Below, in pieces: positions 7,435 to 17,960 of a stretch of 64,000 bases of DNA. Position 1 is the first letter of the stretch. Each line of letters begins with the position of its first letter. The position numbers were made by a program, and so were the translations under genes. The stretch is from Candidatus Delongbacteria bacterium (GTDB lineage Bacteria > UBA4055): NCBI GenBank assembly GCA_016937995.1, contig JAFGVM010000057.1, forward strand, positions 1-64,000. Direction: 5' to 3'. Below the pieces are notes generated by a model. That model was given only the letters and a program-made list of their open reading frames with translations. It had not been told where the DNA came from and did no database searches.

Positions 7435-9843
7435 TCAGATGACCTCTGTGGGATCAATATCGACCGAAACCTTTACGTTCGACCTGGTTCTATAATTTTT
7501 TAAAGCGTTGTTAATTGCGGATCTGAGAATATTACCATTACTGTCGAGCTCTATGTCGGTTTTAATGATAATGTTCATCCGGTATATATTATTAACTTTT
7601 AATATCATCCTGTCAACAGGTTTATAAATTAATATTTTGTTATCCTCTTTTTTCAGTAATCTATAGAGTTCCATTGATGCTGTCTTTACTTCATTATGGT
7701 CCTTGGAAGAGAACATTATCTTCGCCATCTTGAAATACGGAGGATATCCTGCAAGCTTTCTATTTTCCAACTCATACTTAATGAAACCAATATAATCATG
7801 TTTTCTTGCAAATTCAAGCACATGATTCATTTCGTTGTAAGTCTGGATCAGCACCTGTCCCTTAATTTCACCTCTTCCGGCCCTGCCGGATACCTGAGTG
7901 ATCAGCTGAAAAGCTCTTTCATCAGACCTGAAATCAGGAAATATCAGTTCAGTATCAACATTTACGATACAAACCAGACTGACATTATGAAAATCAAGTC
8001 CTTTTGCTATCATCTGTGTTCCCACTAAGATCGATCTCTTAGTGTTCTCGAACTCATTTAAGATTTTAAAATGACTCTCTTTCTTTCTTGTGGAATCCTG
8101 ATCCATCCGTAATATTTTTATATCCGGGAACAACTTGCCCAGTTCAAAAGCAACCTGTTCTGTTCCAATACCCTTAAAAGATATATTAGATTTACCGCAA
8201 ATTCCACAATAATCTTTTGCTTTTTCATAGTATCCGCAATGATGACAGATCAGCTGTTTTGAATTTAAATGATAAGTCAGTGAAACAGAACAGTTCGGGC
8301 ATGAACTCACACTTCCGCAGGATTCACATATCAGATGTGTGGAATAACCTCTTCTGTTCTGAAGTACGATTATCTGCCGGTCGCTCATCAATTCCCTTCT
8401 AAATACTTCTATCACCGAATCTTCAAAAATATTATAGAACTGCTTTCTCTTTACGACCTTTATCTCGGGTAATTTGGATATGCCGATCCTTTTAGTTAAT
8501 TTGAGGAGAGAAAATTTATTTCTTTCAGCATTGAAAATTGATTCTATAGACGGTGTTGCTGATCCCAGAATGACCGGAATGTTATTCAACTTTCCTCTCA
8601 AAATAGCCATATCACGGGCATTGTATCTCGGGGAGGGATCGATCTGTTTATATGCACTCTCATGCTCTTCATCAACAATTATCAAACCCAGATCACTTAA
8701 AGGAGCAAAAATGGCCGATCTAGGACCGATAACGATCGGGTATTTATTATCTTTAATGCCTTTCCAGCTGTCATATTTTTCACCTTCCGACAACCTGCTG
8801 TGCAAAATTGCAATATCATTACTGAAGACCTCTCTGAATCTTTTCACAGTTTGAGGGGTCAATGATATTTCAGGTATCAGGACGATAACTGATCTGTTAT
8901 TTTTTCTCACTTTTTTTATAGCTTCAATGTATACTGCAGTTTTACCGCTACCGGTCAATCCGTATATTAAAAATGTTTGAAAGATATTCTCATCCAGGAC
9001 ATTGTTTATCTTTTCTACACACTCGTTCTGTTCGTCGGTCAGTAAAAATTCTTTGGGAGGATCAATTTTATCTGTAAGTTCGATGCTTAATCTGATATTT
9101 TCCTTCCTTACCTTATTACACAATCCCAGTGAAACGGATCTGTTTATTATATGGTCTGAAAAATTATACAGTTTACCTGCTTCTTTTTGTAGTATCCCCA
9201 TACCGTTTTGAGCAATAAAATCATAAAATTCATCGATCCTTTTGGTTGTCTTTACGTCCGGTTTTGGTATAACGGGTACAATAAAATTCAGATATTGAGC
9301 CTTATCAGGATGTTCCAAAGTATTAATGATATTAATGTATTCTCTTCTTACGAGCGAAGTAATGTTCTTATCGAAGTCAGGTGAATTGATATGATCAGAG
9401 AGCACACTGTACTTAGTCCGGAGTGATTTTTCCAGATACTCAATTATTCTGATTTGTTCAGAATTTAGATCAGACTTTTCTATGGGTCGATCTAAATTTA
9501 ATTCTACGAATTTTTTTCTGTTACCGTATAAAGCTGCAGGAAGGACCTGTTTTAGTACTTCACCGTATGAGGATAAATAATAATTTGAGATCCATTTGCA
9601 GAACACGAGCATTTCATTGTTGAAAACTGGAGTTTCATCCAAAACCGATTCGACAGTTGTGAGCTTATAATCAGGTTTTACCTCAACCAGGGATGTGATC
9701 ACACCGATCATTTTACGGTTATTAAAGTTAGCCTTAACCCTCCGTCCGATCAAAGTATCACTGACGGCTGCTGTTCTTACAGCGTAAGTGAATTCCTTAT
9801 CCAGAGGTATGGGGAATGAAATATTAACGTAGATATTATCGAT
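7435..9843 (-). CDS. priA: Primosomal protein N' (PriA); start probably non-canonical (ATC at 9843)
   Basis: GLTGSGKT, DEEH, SAT, 8-Cys cluster, QVSGRAGR. The conserved N-terminal segment YVNISFPIPLDKEFTY lies in frame upstream of the track's TTG9753. Confidence 0.95.
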   Translation of the reverse strand: MDNIYVNISFPIPLDKEFTYAVRTAAVSDTLIGRRVKANFNNRKMIGVITSLVEVKPDYKLTTVESVLDETPVFNNEMLVFCKWISNYYLSSYGEVLKQVLPAALYGNRKKFVELNLDRPIEKSDLNSEQIRIIEYLEKSLRTKYSVLSDHINSPDFDKNITSLVRREYINIINTLEHPDKAQYLNFIVPVIPKPDVKTTKRIDEFYDFIAQNGMGILQKEAGKLYNFSDHIINRSVSLGLCNKVRKENIRLSIELTDKIDPPKEFLLTDEQNECVEKINNVLDENIFQTFLIYGLTGSGKTAVYIEAIKKVRKNNRSVIVLIPEISLTPQTVKRFREVFSNDIAILHSRLSEGEKYDSWKGIKDNKYPIVIGPRSAIFAPLSDLGLIIVDEEHESAYKQIDPSPRYNARDMAILRGKLNNIPVILGSATPSIESIFNAERNKFSLLKLTKRIGISKLPEIKVVKRKQFYNIFEDSVIEVFRRELMSDRQIIVLQNRRGYSTHLICESCGSVSSCPNCSVSLTYHLNSKQLICHHCGYYEKAKDYCGICGKSNISFKGIGTEQVAFELGKLFPDIKILRMDQDSTRKKESHFKILNEFENTKRSILVGTQMIAKGLDFHNVSLVCIVNVDTELIFPDFRSDERAFQLITQVSGRAGRGEIKGQVLIQTYNEMNHVLEFARKHDYIGFIKYELENRKLAGYPPYFKMAKIMFSSKDHNEVKTASMELYRLLKKEDNKILIYKPVDRMILKVNNIYRMNIIIKTDIELDSNGNILRSAINNALKNYRTRSNVKVSVDIDPTEVI

Positions 9844-10070
9844 AGTGCTTATCCCAATGTCTAATACATCATACAGTCAGATAAAGTAATTACAAAAGTA
9901 AAGATTAACAAGTAATAACAATTTTAAAATTTAATAATCTAATTCATCCTGAATCAGTTACAAAGAAATAAAATAATTTGCATTTGCTAAAACTTACATC
10001 TATGTTTATTTTAGTCATGTGAAATAAAATAGATTTGAAAAATCACGGTTTTAATTTATCAGAGGGATTA

Positions 10071-12155
10071 ATGATGGCAGATAAGAATACATATACTTTC
10101 GGTTTATATGGAAGATGTCCGGTTTGTAAAGAGATCACTTCAGAAGCGTGTGATGGATGTGGTTCCAAAAACTCTTTTACTGATTCCAGTAAACAAGGGA
10201 TCGTGATCTGTACAAAATGCAAGATGGAACACAGCATTGAATGTGAAAAGAAGAGTTGCAATAAACAGATAAAAGTCTTAAAAACTCCTAAAAATGAAGA
10301 TGAAAGAAAGCGGATAGATGAATTTATTTACAGAAAGCAGCATAAAGACATGGACAAACGCCAATTTACTATCAAAGAATCTCCCAAAAAAACAATAGTC
10401 AAAGCAGTTCAGGTCCCTATCGAAGATAAAATTGAAAAATCAGGTATTATTAAACTGGATGAGGGAATGGAAGAGCTATTGGCTGGAACCAGGAAGAGTG
10501 TTCTTGAAAAAACTACCGTTGAACCTTTGTCTAAATCTGAGGATCTAAAACCTGATCAAAGTGCTGTTAATACCGGCTTCAAAAAGGATACTTTTATACA
10601 GGACGAAAGTTCTATAAGGGAAGAACCTGCTGATAAAGTAGAACCTGAAATAGAACCTGAACCGGTTCGGGATGATAAGAAACCACTGATCGATATTGAT
10701 AATAATGATGTTATAATGGATAAAGATTTTGAACATAAAGCCGTTGAAATAAAACCTAAAGTGTCTGAACCGATCGAGATCAAGAAAGAAGAGCCTGTTA
10801 AAGACATTCCTCTTGAAAAAGATCAGCTTGATGATAATCTTGAGGGTGAAATAAATTTAAATGTTTCAGCTACCGAATCAAAGGATGAGGAACTATCCTC
10901 TGAAGTCAAGCAGGAGCTTGATCTGATCAAAGATTACTGGTACAAAAAGGAATTGACTGAAAAAGAGGAGAAGAAGGAAGAAGAAAGAAGGATAGTCAAT
11001 CAATTCTATGATGAACAGGATGATACTGTTCTTGATAAAAAGATCAACTTTGAAAATGTGTACAATGAAACAAGTTATTTTGACTGTAAGGTCTGCGGAA
11101 GGGAAGAAAAAAAGATAACATGTGACCAATGTGGTCAAAGTAATCAGTTCTCGCTTAACTATGACGCACTTAGCTGTAAATGCGGTAATCAGGTAAAGGT
11201 TATGACCTGTGAGTGTGGAGCAAAGCACGGTCACAGTGATTTTTATCTTATCTCGGAAGGTATTAAATGGCAGTATTCAAAATCCAAAAGTTATTACAAC
11301 TACAGAAAAGGAAGACTGCTGGTATTTTCAACATGTCCGACCTGTAATGCTTTTTCAGTAGAAAAATGTAAGGTCTGCGGAAGTAAAGTGAATTTTGGTG
11401 CACCGAATAAGAACAATGAAGTATACTGTAAAAACTGTGGTACGGTAAATCAGTTCCTTTGTGAGAACAGGAATTGTGATAACTCTGTAAAATCGCTTAA
11501 AAACCCAAGTTCGATCGAAGAAAAGCTTGATCTTTTGAACGAAGTAATGAACTTCAAAACCAGAATAAATGAAAAGAAGGTTAAGTACACAGAACCGGGA
11601 GGAGATAAAAAAGTTGCAAGCTCATCTCAGGGTATTTCTATCGGGAATGTGTCATCTACTCCGGATTTCTCGAACTCATTCATAGAAGAGTTCGATTCTA
11701 AGACAAGGGATCTTATAACGAATTCATTTATAGAGGAAGTTGAAACTGAAGTTAAACAGAGAAAGAAAGTAGACGAAGAAGTAAAAACTTTCAACAGGGA
11801 TAACTTTGCTCCGAGAGCTCCGGGAATATCTCTTGGTGGAGCAAAACCTGAAGATGATGAGGAGCAGGAAAATGTAATTTCGTTCGATGATTCAGGAAAG
11901 GGGATAGGTTTTTATATCTTACTTGTGGTCATTGTTGCGGTAATTGCAGGCGGTGGATGGTGGGGATATAACAACTTCCTTAAAAAAGGACCTGATCCTG
12001 TAATTGAACCGAAACCAAAAGAAGTGTCCGTAGAAAAACCAATCGTTAAAGATATTCCGGCTGTTATTGATTCTACTACAGTTGTAGTAACAGATTCAAC
12101 AGCTGTAGTAGATTCGACTAAAATGGTTGACGGACATGTAGAAGATAAAAAATAG
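10071..12155 (+). CDS. Membrane-anchored protein with three Cys-rich zinc-ribbon modules
   Basis: Three ~50-aa modules of 8 Cys each, acidic linkers, one C-proximal TM; ATG10071 follows RBS AGAGGG. Confidence 0.75.
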   Translation: MMADKNTYTFGLYGRCPVCKEITSEACDGCGSKNSFTDSSKQGIVICTKCKMEHSIECEKKSCNKQIKVLKTPKNEDERKRIDEFIYRKQHKDMDKRQFTIKESPKKTIVKAVQVPIEDKIEKSGIIKLDEGMEELLAGTRKSVLEKTTVEPLSKSEDLKPDQSAVNTGFKKDTFIQDESSIREEPADKVEPEIEPEPVRDDKKPLIDIDNNDVIMDKDFEHKAVEIKPKVSEPIEIKKEEPVKDIPLEKDQLDDNLEGEINLNVSATESKDEELSSEVKQELDLIKDYWYKKELTEKEEKKEEERRIVNQFYDEQDDTVLDKKINFENVYNETSYFDCKVCGREEKKITCDQCGQSNQFSLNYDALSCKCGNQVKVMTCECGAKHGHSDFYLISEGIKWQYSKSKSYYNYRKGRLLVFSTCPTCNAFSVEKCKVCGSKVNFGAPNKNNEVYCKNCGTVNQFLCENRNCDNSVKSLKNPSSIEEKLDLLNEVMNFKTRINEKKVKYTEPGGDKKVASSSQGISIGNVSSTPDFSNSFIEEFDSKTRDLITNSFIEEVETEVKQRKKVDEEVKTFNRDNFAPRAPGISLGGAKPEDDEEQENVISFDDSGKGIGFYILLVVIVAVIAGGGWWGYNNFLKKGPDPVIEPKPKEVSVEKPIVKDIPAVIDSTTVVVTDSTAVVDSTKMVDGHVEDKK

Positions 12156-12229
12156 TATTTCAATGGATGCAATGGATTAGATACAATTCAATACATACGA
12201 AAAAAGAAAAAAAATAATTAGGAGGAAAA

Positions 12230-12787
12230 ATGAAAAAGATCAAATTAGTTCTATTGGTATGTTTACTCTTTGTAGCATCAATGGTAAATGCTGATACTTA
12301 CGGAAAGCAGAATTCTTTCGGACTTAATCCGTTTGGTTTATTGTTCAACATCTATTCCGGTGAATATGGAAGATTCATGGATGCTGCCGGTACAACAGAA
12401 ATAAATGTACCTTTCTACTTCTTCAGCTATGAAGATTTTACTGCATTAGGATTAGGTGCTAAGTACAGGATGTATAAAGACGGAAACGGAGAAGGTGTAT
12501 TCTACGGTGGTGGATTGACTATTGATTCATGGACTTGGGAAGATATTTATTGGTACGATTCAGTATCAATGACATGGAAAACAGAGGATACAACTTGGTT
12601 AACAATTACTCCTTTAGGTGAATTAGGATACAGATGGTCTTGGCCAAATGGATGGACTATTGCACCTTCATTAGAGTTAGGATTTGCAGTTTCTACCTTT
12701 GATGGAAATGATGACTGGGGTGATTTGGATTATGGTGCTCAAGGTTTGCATTGGGGTCTTAATTTAGGGGTTGCTTACATGTTCTAA
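12230..12787 (+). CDS. Outer-membrane beta-barrel protein (DUF3575-like)
   Basis: Signal peptide, amphipathic beta strands, C-terminal LGVAYMF beta-signal. Confidence 0.7.
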   Translation: MKKIKLVLLVCLLFVASMVNADTYGKQNSFGLNPFGLLFNIYSGEYGRFMDAAGTTEINVPFYFFSYEDFTALGLGAKYRMYKDGNGEGVFYGGGLTIDSWTWEDIYWYDSVSMTWKTEDTTWLTITPLGELGYRWSWPNGWTIAPSLELGFAVSTFDGNDDWGDLDYGAQGLHWGLNLGVAYMF

Positions 12788-12803
12788 ACGTAGAACAAAT
12801 TTT

Positions 12804-12833
12804 AAAGCCGGAATTTATATCCGGCTTTTTTTT
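12804..12833 (+). terminator. Intrinsic terminator
   Basis: AAAGCCGGA-loop-TCCGGCTTT followed by a T-run. Confidence 0.85.
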
Positions 12834-12855
12834 ATTTAACTGATTAGGATATATA

Positions 12856-13098
12856 ATGAAAAGGATAATAGCAATAATCTGTATACTGTTGATCATTGTT
12901 TCGTGTACTCAAGTCAAAGAAAAGAAAGCTGTAACTACTACAACTAAAAAAGATGCAGTCAAAGTTGAGAAGAATGCTGCACAGCAATTTGTGGATACTC
13001 AAAAAAGTTACATAGATAAAACAAAAGAAAAAGTTGAAAAAAATCAAAAAGCACAGGATGATCAGAAAAAAGAACTGGATAACATTATGGGCAAATAG
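12856..13098 (+). CDS. Small lipoprotein, coiled-coil
   Basis: Lipobox-like IVSC after a hydrophobic stretch; RBS AGGA. Confidence 0.7.
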   Translation: MKRIIAIICILLIIVSCTQVKEKKAVTTTTKKDAVKVEKNAAQQFVDTQKSYIDKTKEKVEKNQKAQDDQKKELDNIMGK

Positions 13099-13100
13099 AT

Positions 13101-14846
13101 CTATTTGATTCCGCTGTAAACTAATCCTTTCTTTGCGTTAACAGTAACGAGTGTACCGCTCTTTAAGATATCAGCAGCACTTTCTGCGTTAGCAATAACA
13201 GGTATATCGACCGCCTTTCCGACTATTACGGATTCAGAATTATCAAATTCCTCTTCAGTGATCAATGCGGAAGCATTTTTTATCAGATGGAGTATTTTTT
13301 CAGTTGTCGAAGAAATAACAAGCACGTTACCTGCCGTAAAATTCCTTATTCCTGAGCCGTCTTTTGAAATAACGCACACATTTCCGGAAGAGGATAATTT
13401 ATTTAATCCTTTACCTTCAATCAGAACATCACCGACCACCTGAACTTTCATCGTGTTAGTTGTACCTCTGACATTTATAGGTGTGCCACCTGTAATAACA
13501 ACAAGATCACCGGATCTGATCAGTTTTGCATCCATTGAACTTTTTATAGCATGTTCAAAAAGTTCGTCAGTTGTACTTTTTAATTCTGTTAAAAGCGGTG
13601 TTACACCCCAGGAAATCGAAAGTTGATTATATACTTTGTTATTGATAGTCGTGGCAATGATCGGACAGTCCGGTCTGTATTTTGACACAGTTCTGGCTGT
13701 ATTGCCTGATTTCGTAACGGTAATGATGGCTGCAGCGCTTACAGAATGAGCAGTAGAACACGTTGCATATCCTATTGCATTTGTTACATTGTCAGATTGT
13801 TTTATAAAATTTTCTCTGAATTTTTTCTGATAGTCAATATCCTCCTCAGCTTTTTCAGCGATCATTGCCATAACTCTCACTACTTCTACAGGATAGCTCC
13901 CGATAGAAGTTTCACCTGACAGCATTATCGCACTTGTCCTGTCATAAACTGCATTGGCAACATCAGTGATCTCTGCTCTGGTAGGTCTTGGATTTCTAAT
14001 CATGGAATCAAGCATTTGGGTAGCAGTAATAACAGGCTTAGAAAGTTTGTAGCATTTTTTAATTATATCTTTCTGAATGCCTGGAATTTCTTCGAAAGGT
14101 ATTTCAACTCCCATATCCCCACGAGCGATCATAATACCGTCAGCGATCCTGACTATATCCATTATATTATCTACTCCGTCCCTGTTTTCGATCTTGGCAA
14201 TGATCTTAATATCATCTCCGCCATTCTCATTAACGAAATTTCTAATAGTTTTAATATCTGAATGATCACTAACAAATGATGCCGCTATAAAATCGATATC
14301 ATTTTTTATACCGAACAGAAGATCTTTTTTATCAACTTCGCTAAGATACGGTAATTTCACCTTCGTTCCGGGAACGTTCACACCCTTCTTATTTTTTACT
14401 TCCCCGCCATTTATTACTTCACAGATAATATCAGGACCGTTTACTTTTACGACTTTCAACTCAATCAAACCATCATCTATCATGATCTTATTACCTTTAT
14501 CTATGTCATCAGGAAGTCCTTTATAAGTTATTGATACTTCATTCTGATTGCCGATTATATCACGGGTTGTCAAAGTAAAACTATCATTCTTATGTAAAAT
14601 GATCGATGAATTCTCAAAGTCCTTTATTCTAATTTCAGGACCTTTAGTATCAAGAAGGATGCCCACCGGCATTTTCATTTCTTCTCTGACCTCTTTGACC
14701 ATGTCTATCATTTTCTGATGTTGAGCATAATCTCCATGAGAAAAATTAATACGGGCTACGTTCATTCCCTTCAGGATCATATTTTTTAAAACTTTTTTTG
14801 AATCTGTGGCAGGTCCAAGAGTGCATATTATTTTTGTTCTTTTCAT
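13101..14846 (-). CDS. pyk: Pyruvate kinase with a C-terminal PEP-utiliser swivel domain
   Basis: TKIICTLGP, ARINFSHG, DTKGPEIR, ARGDMGVE, ATQMLDSM, PTRAE, plus a ~110-aa extra C-terminal domain. Confidence 0.98.
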   Translation of the reverse strand: MKRTKIICTLGPATDSKKVLKNMILKGMNVARINFSHGDYAQHQKMIDMVKEVREEMKMPVGILLDTKGPEIRIKDFENSSIILHKNDSFTLTTRDIIGNQNEVSITYKGLPDDIDKGNKIMIDDGLIELKVVKVNGPDIICEVINGGEVKNKKGVNVPGTKVKLPYLSEVDKKDLLFGIKNDIDFIAASFVSDHSDIKTIRNFVNENGGDDIKIIAKIENRDGVDNIMDIVRIADGIMIARGDMGVEIPFEEIPGIQKDIIKKCYKLSKPVITATQMLDSMIRNPRPTRAEITDVANAVYDRTSAIMLSGETSIGSYPVEVVRVMAMIAEKAEEDIDYQKKFRENFIKQSDNVTNAIGYATCSTAHSVSAAAIITVTKSGNTARTVSKYRPDCPIIATTINNKVYNQLSISWGVTPLLTELKSTTDELFEHAIKSSMDAKLIRSGDLVVITGGTPINVRGTTNTMKVQVVGDVLIEGKGLNKLSSSGNVCVISKDGSGIRNFTAGNVLVISSTTEKILHLIKNASALITEEEFDNSESVIVGKAVDIPVIANAESAADILKSGTLVTVNAKKGLVYSGIK

Positions 14847-14848
14847 TT

Positions 14849-15808
14849 TTATTCTCCTGATCTGAAGAACATTCCTACAGATAATGAATATCCGTTAATG
14901 AATGAAGCAGAATCAATTACAGATTTTCCTTCAGGTTGAACTTTATGTATCTTCAAAACACCTTGTCCTGTAGCAACATTTATTAAGTTGTTTTTTCGGT
15001 CAATTTCTATGACCGTACCAGGTGTATGTGAATTCTCTGAAATATCAAATGAAGTTTCGATGATCTTTAATCTTTTATCGTTAAATAAACAAAAAGCTCC
15101 GGGTTTTGGAGCAAGACCTCTTACCTGATTATGAATAGATTCAGCAGAATGATTCCAGTTTATTTTAAAGTGTTCGGGGAAGATCTTTGGAGCATCAATG
15201 GTTACAGCAGTTGAAATATCCTGTGAAGTTGTTTGATAATCAGCGTTGAAAATATTTTTGATCACTGCCGGCAAAAAATTACTTCCCTCAACTTTAAGTT
15301 TGTCATAAAGTATCCCGAAATTGTCTCTTTCTTCTATTATAATTTCTTTCTGAGCTATAATATTACCACTGTCGACCTGATCATTATTTAGAAAAAATAC
15401 TGTAAGTCCGGTTTTTTTATCTCCATTGAACAAAGCATGATTTATCGGTGCAGCACCTCTGTAATTAGGTAAAAGGGAAGCATGAAGATTTATAGATCCC
15501 AGAGGTGGAATTTCAAGCACTTTCTTTGGTAAAATCCTGAAAGCGACAACAACATAAAGATCAGCATTCAGTTCCTTAAGTTGTCCGATAAAATCATTAT
15601 CTCTCATTTTCTCAGGTTGAAGGACAGGTAGACCGAGATCGAGAGCAGTTTGTTTTACGGGTGTAAAACTTACTTTCTTTCCTCTTCCTCTCTGTTTATC
15701 AGGTTGAGTTACCACTGCTTTAATTTCTATGCCGGATCTGTGAATTGCCTGTAACGAATCCACAGCAAAGTCAGGTGTTCCCATGAATATGATCGATCTT
15801 TTAGACAT
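14849..15808 (-). CDS. fmt: Methionyl-tRNA formyltransferase
   Basis: FMGTPDFA, INLHASLLPNYRGAAPI. Confidence 0.98.
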   Translation of the reverse strand: MSKRSIIFMGTPDFAVDSLQAIHRSGIEIKAVVTQPDKQRGRGKKVSFTPVKQTALDLGLPVLQPEKMRDNDFIGQLKELNADLYVVVAFRILPKKVLEIPPLGSINLHASLLPNYRGAAPINHALFNGDKKTGLTVFFLNNDQVDSGNIIAQKEIIIEERDNFGILYDKLKVEGSNFLPAVIKNIFNADYQTTSQDISTAVTIDAPKIFPEHFKINWNHSAESIHNQVRGLAPKPGAFCLFNDKRLKIIETSFDISENSHTPGTVIEIDRKNNLINVATGQGVLKIHKVQPEGKSVIDSASFINGYSLSVGMFFRSGE

Positions 15809-15853
15809 ATCAGTAAGAAGAAAGATCCTGAAATAAATTCAGAATGACGGTAA

Positions 15854-16048
15854 TTAACCGATTTCCTCAATTCCTTTATTAGTTATCTTCAGCAATTTTC
15901 CTTCAGCATCTGAAAGTTGTTTTCTACAGAAATCCAGAAGTTTTTTCCCCTCTTCGAAATATTCAAATGTTTTATCAAGAGGAATATCCCCGGATTCAAG
16001 CTTTTCCATTATTTCATTCAGTTTTTTAATAGCTTCTTCATATTTCAT
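15854..16048 (-). CDS. xseB: Exodeoxyribonuclease VII small subunit
   Basis: YEEAIKKLNEIMEKLESGDIPLD..FEEG..L..C...L..AE. Confidence 0.95.
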   Translation of the reverse strand: MKYEEAIKKLNEIMEKLESGDIPLDKTFEYFEEGKKLLDFCRKQLSDAEGKLLKITNKGIEEIG

Positions 16049-16060
16049 TATATTTTTCCT

Positions 16061-17809
16061 CTATTTCTTTTTAACGGAAATATTCAACTCATCCAATTGA
16101 TCCTGAGATACTTCAGATGGTGCTTTTGTCAATGGACAGTTTAAACTTTTTGCTTTAGGGAATGCGATCACTTCTCTAATAGTTTCTTCTCCTGTCATGA
16201 CCTGCAGCAGTCTATCAAGTCCGGGTGCAATTCCTGCATGAGGGGGAGCTCCATATTTAAAAGCTTTTAACATAAATCCGAATTTGTCTTCTATCTCCTC
16301 ATTGGTCAGATCTAATCTTTTGAAGATCTTTTCCTGGATATCCCTGTCGTGGATCCTTACACTTCCTGAGGCAAGTTCAACTCCGTTCAGGACAAGATCA
16401 TAACTTTTACTCAGTACATTACCGGGATCATTCTCAATTTTATCGATATCTTCTTCTTTAGGCATTGTGAACATATGATGCATAGCATCCCATCGATCAG
16501 CTTCCTCATTGTATTCAAACATCGGGAAATCGGTTACCCAGCAGAATTTGAAATCTTTCGGATCGGTCAATCCAAGTTCATTTCCAAATCTGTTTCTCAA
16601 GCCACCGAGTACTTTGTTCACAGTTGAAGTTCTATCGGCACCGAAAAAGATCATTGCGTTACCATTTACCTCTGCAAGTTCAATGATTGTTCTTTTATCA
16701 TCATCTGTCAGAAATTTCTCGATCCCTGCTTCAAATTTTCCGTCTACCAGTTTAACGAATGCCAATCCTTTTGCCCCGAGGTGTTTCGCGTAGTCCTCAT
16801 ACTTCCCGATCTGCTTTCTGCTAAGGTCTTCCTTTCCTTCAACAGCAATGAATTTAACACATTCAGCATTTTTGAAAACTCCAAATTCTGAGTTTCTGGT
16901 AATATCTGTAATATTCTTAAGTTTTAGCCCAAACCTAAGGTCAGGTTTATCCACACCGTATTCCTCCATAGAGACAGAATAAGGTATTCTTTCAAAAGGT
17001 ACAGGAATTTCAATTCCCATTGATTCACTGAATATCTGATGCATTAAACCTTCTGTTAAAGAAAAAATGTAATTCTCATCAACAAAACTCGCTTCAATAT
17101 CGATTTGGGTGAATTCCGGTTGTCTGTCACCTCTGGCATCTTCGTCTCTGTAACATCTTGCGATCTGGAAATATTTATCCATTCCGGAGACCATTAAAAG
17201 CTGCTTGAATATCTGTGGTGATTGCGGAAGGGCGTAGAAACTTCCCGGAAATAATCTGGCAGGAACCAGATAATCTCTTGCTCCTTCAGGTGTACTTTTT
17301 GTGAAAGTTGGAGTTTCTATTTCCAAAAAACCTTTTTCAGACAGAAAATTTCTTGTAGCCATTGTTACTTTATGACGTAGTATCAAATTTCTGGTCATTA
17401 CTTCTGATCTCAGGTCCAGATACCGGTATTCTAATCTAAGTTCTTCTTTGGCATCAGATCTGCCTTTTAAAAAATTGAATGGAGGTGTAATTGATTCGTT
17501 CTCGATTTTTATATTATTTGCATCAATTTCTATTTCACCTGTTGCAAGATTACGGTTAGCATCAGGTTTTACTTTTACGACTCCATCAATAGACACAACA
17601 AATTCATTTCTGCATTTGGATGCAAGTTCAATAATATCCTGCGAAACTTTAGCCGGGTCAAAAATAACCTGTGTTATACCATACCTGTCTCGAAGATCAA
17701 AAAATAATAAACCACCAAGATTTCTATATTTATGTACCCATCCGGATAAAGTGACATTTTTATTTTCATCATTTTTTCTCAGTTCACCACAATTGTGTGT
17801 TCTCTTCAT
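16061..17809 (-). CDS. aspS: Aspartate--tRNA ligase
   Basis: RTHNCGEL, STPEGARDYLVP, LPQSPQIFKQLLM, DRQPEFTQID, GAPPHAGIAPGLDR. Confidence 0.98.
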   Translation of the reverse strand: MKRTHNCGELRKNDENKNVTLSGWVHKYRNLGGLLFFDLRDRYGITQVIFDPAKVSQDIIELASKCRNEFVVSIDGVVKVKPDANRNLATGEIEIDANNIKIENESITPPFNFLKGRSDAKEELRLEYRYLDLRSEVMTRNLILRHKVTMATRNFLSEKGFLEIETPTFTKSTPEGARDYLVPARLFPGSFYALPQSPQIFKQLLMVSGMDKYFQIARCYRDEDARGDRQPEFTQIDIEASFVDENYIFSLTEGLMHQIFSESMGIEIPVPFERIPYSVSMEEYGVDKPDLRFGLKLKNITDITRNSEFGVFKNAECVKFIAVEGKEDLSRKQIGKYEDYAKHLGAKGLAFVKLVDGKFEAGIEKFLTDDDKRTIIELAEVNGNAMIFFGADRTSTVNKVLGGLRNRFGNELGLTDPKDFKFCWVTDFPMFEYNEEADRWDAMHHMFTMPKEEDIDKIENDPGNVLSKSYDLVLNGVELASGSVRIHDRDIQEKIFKRLDLTNEEIEDKFGFMLKAFKYGAPPHAGIAPGLDRLLQVMTGEETIREVIAFPKAKSLNCPLTKAPSEVSQDQLDELNISVKKK

Positions 17810-17960
17810 AAATTATTTTCTCCAAAATATCGTGTTTTATCAGCACCTGAAAAATAAAGTGATTATAACATAAAATCAATATATATAAAATTCATTTATT
17901 TAAGTTGCACCTGAGCAGACATTTGATTAAATTAAAAAGATAGAAAATTGGGGATCGAAT

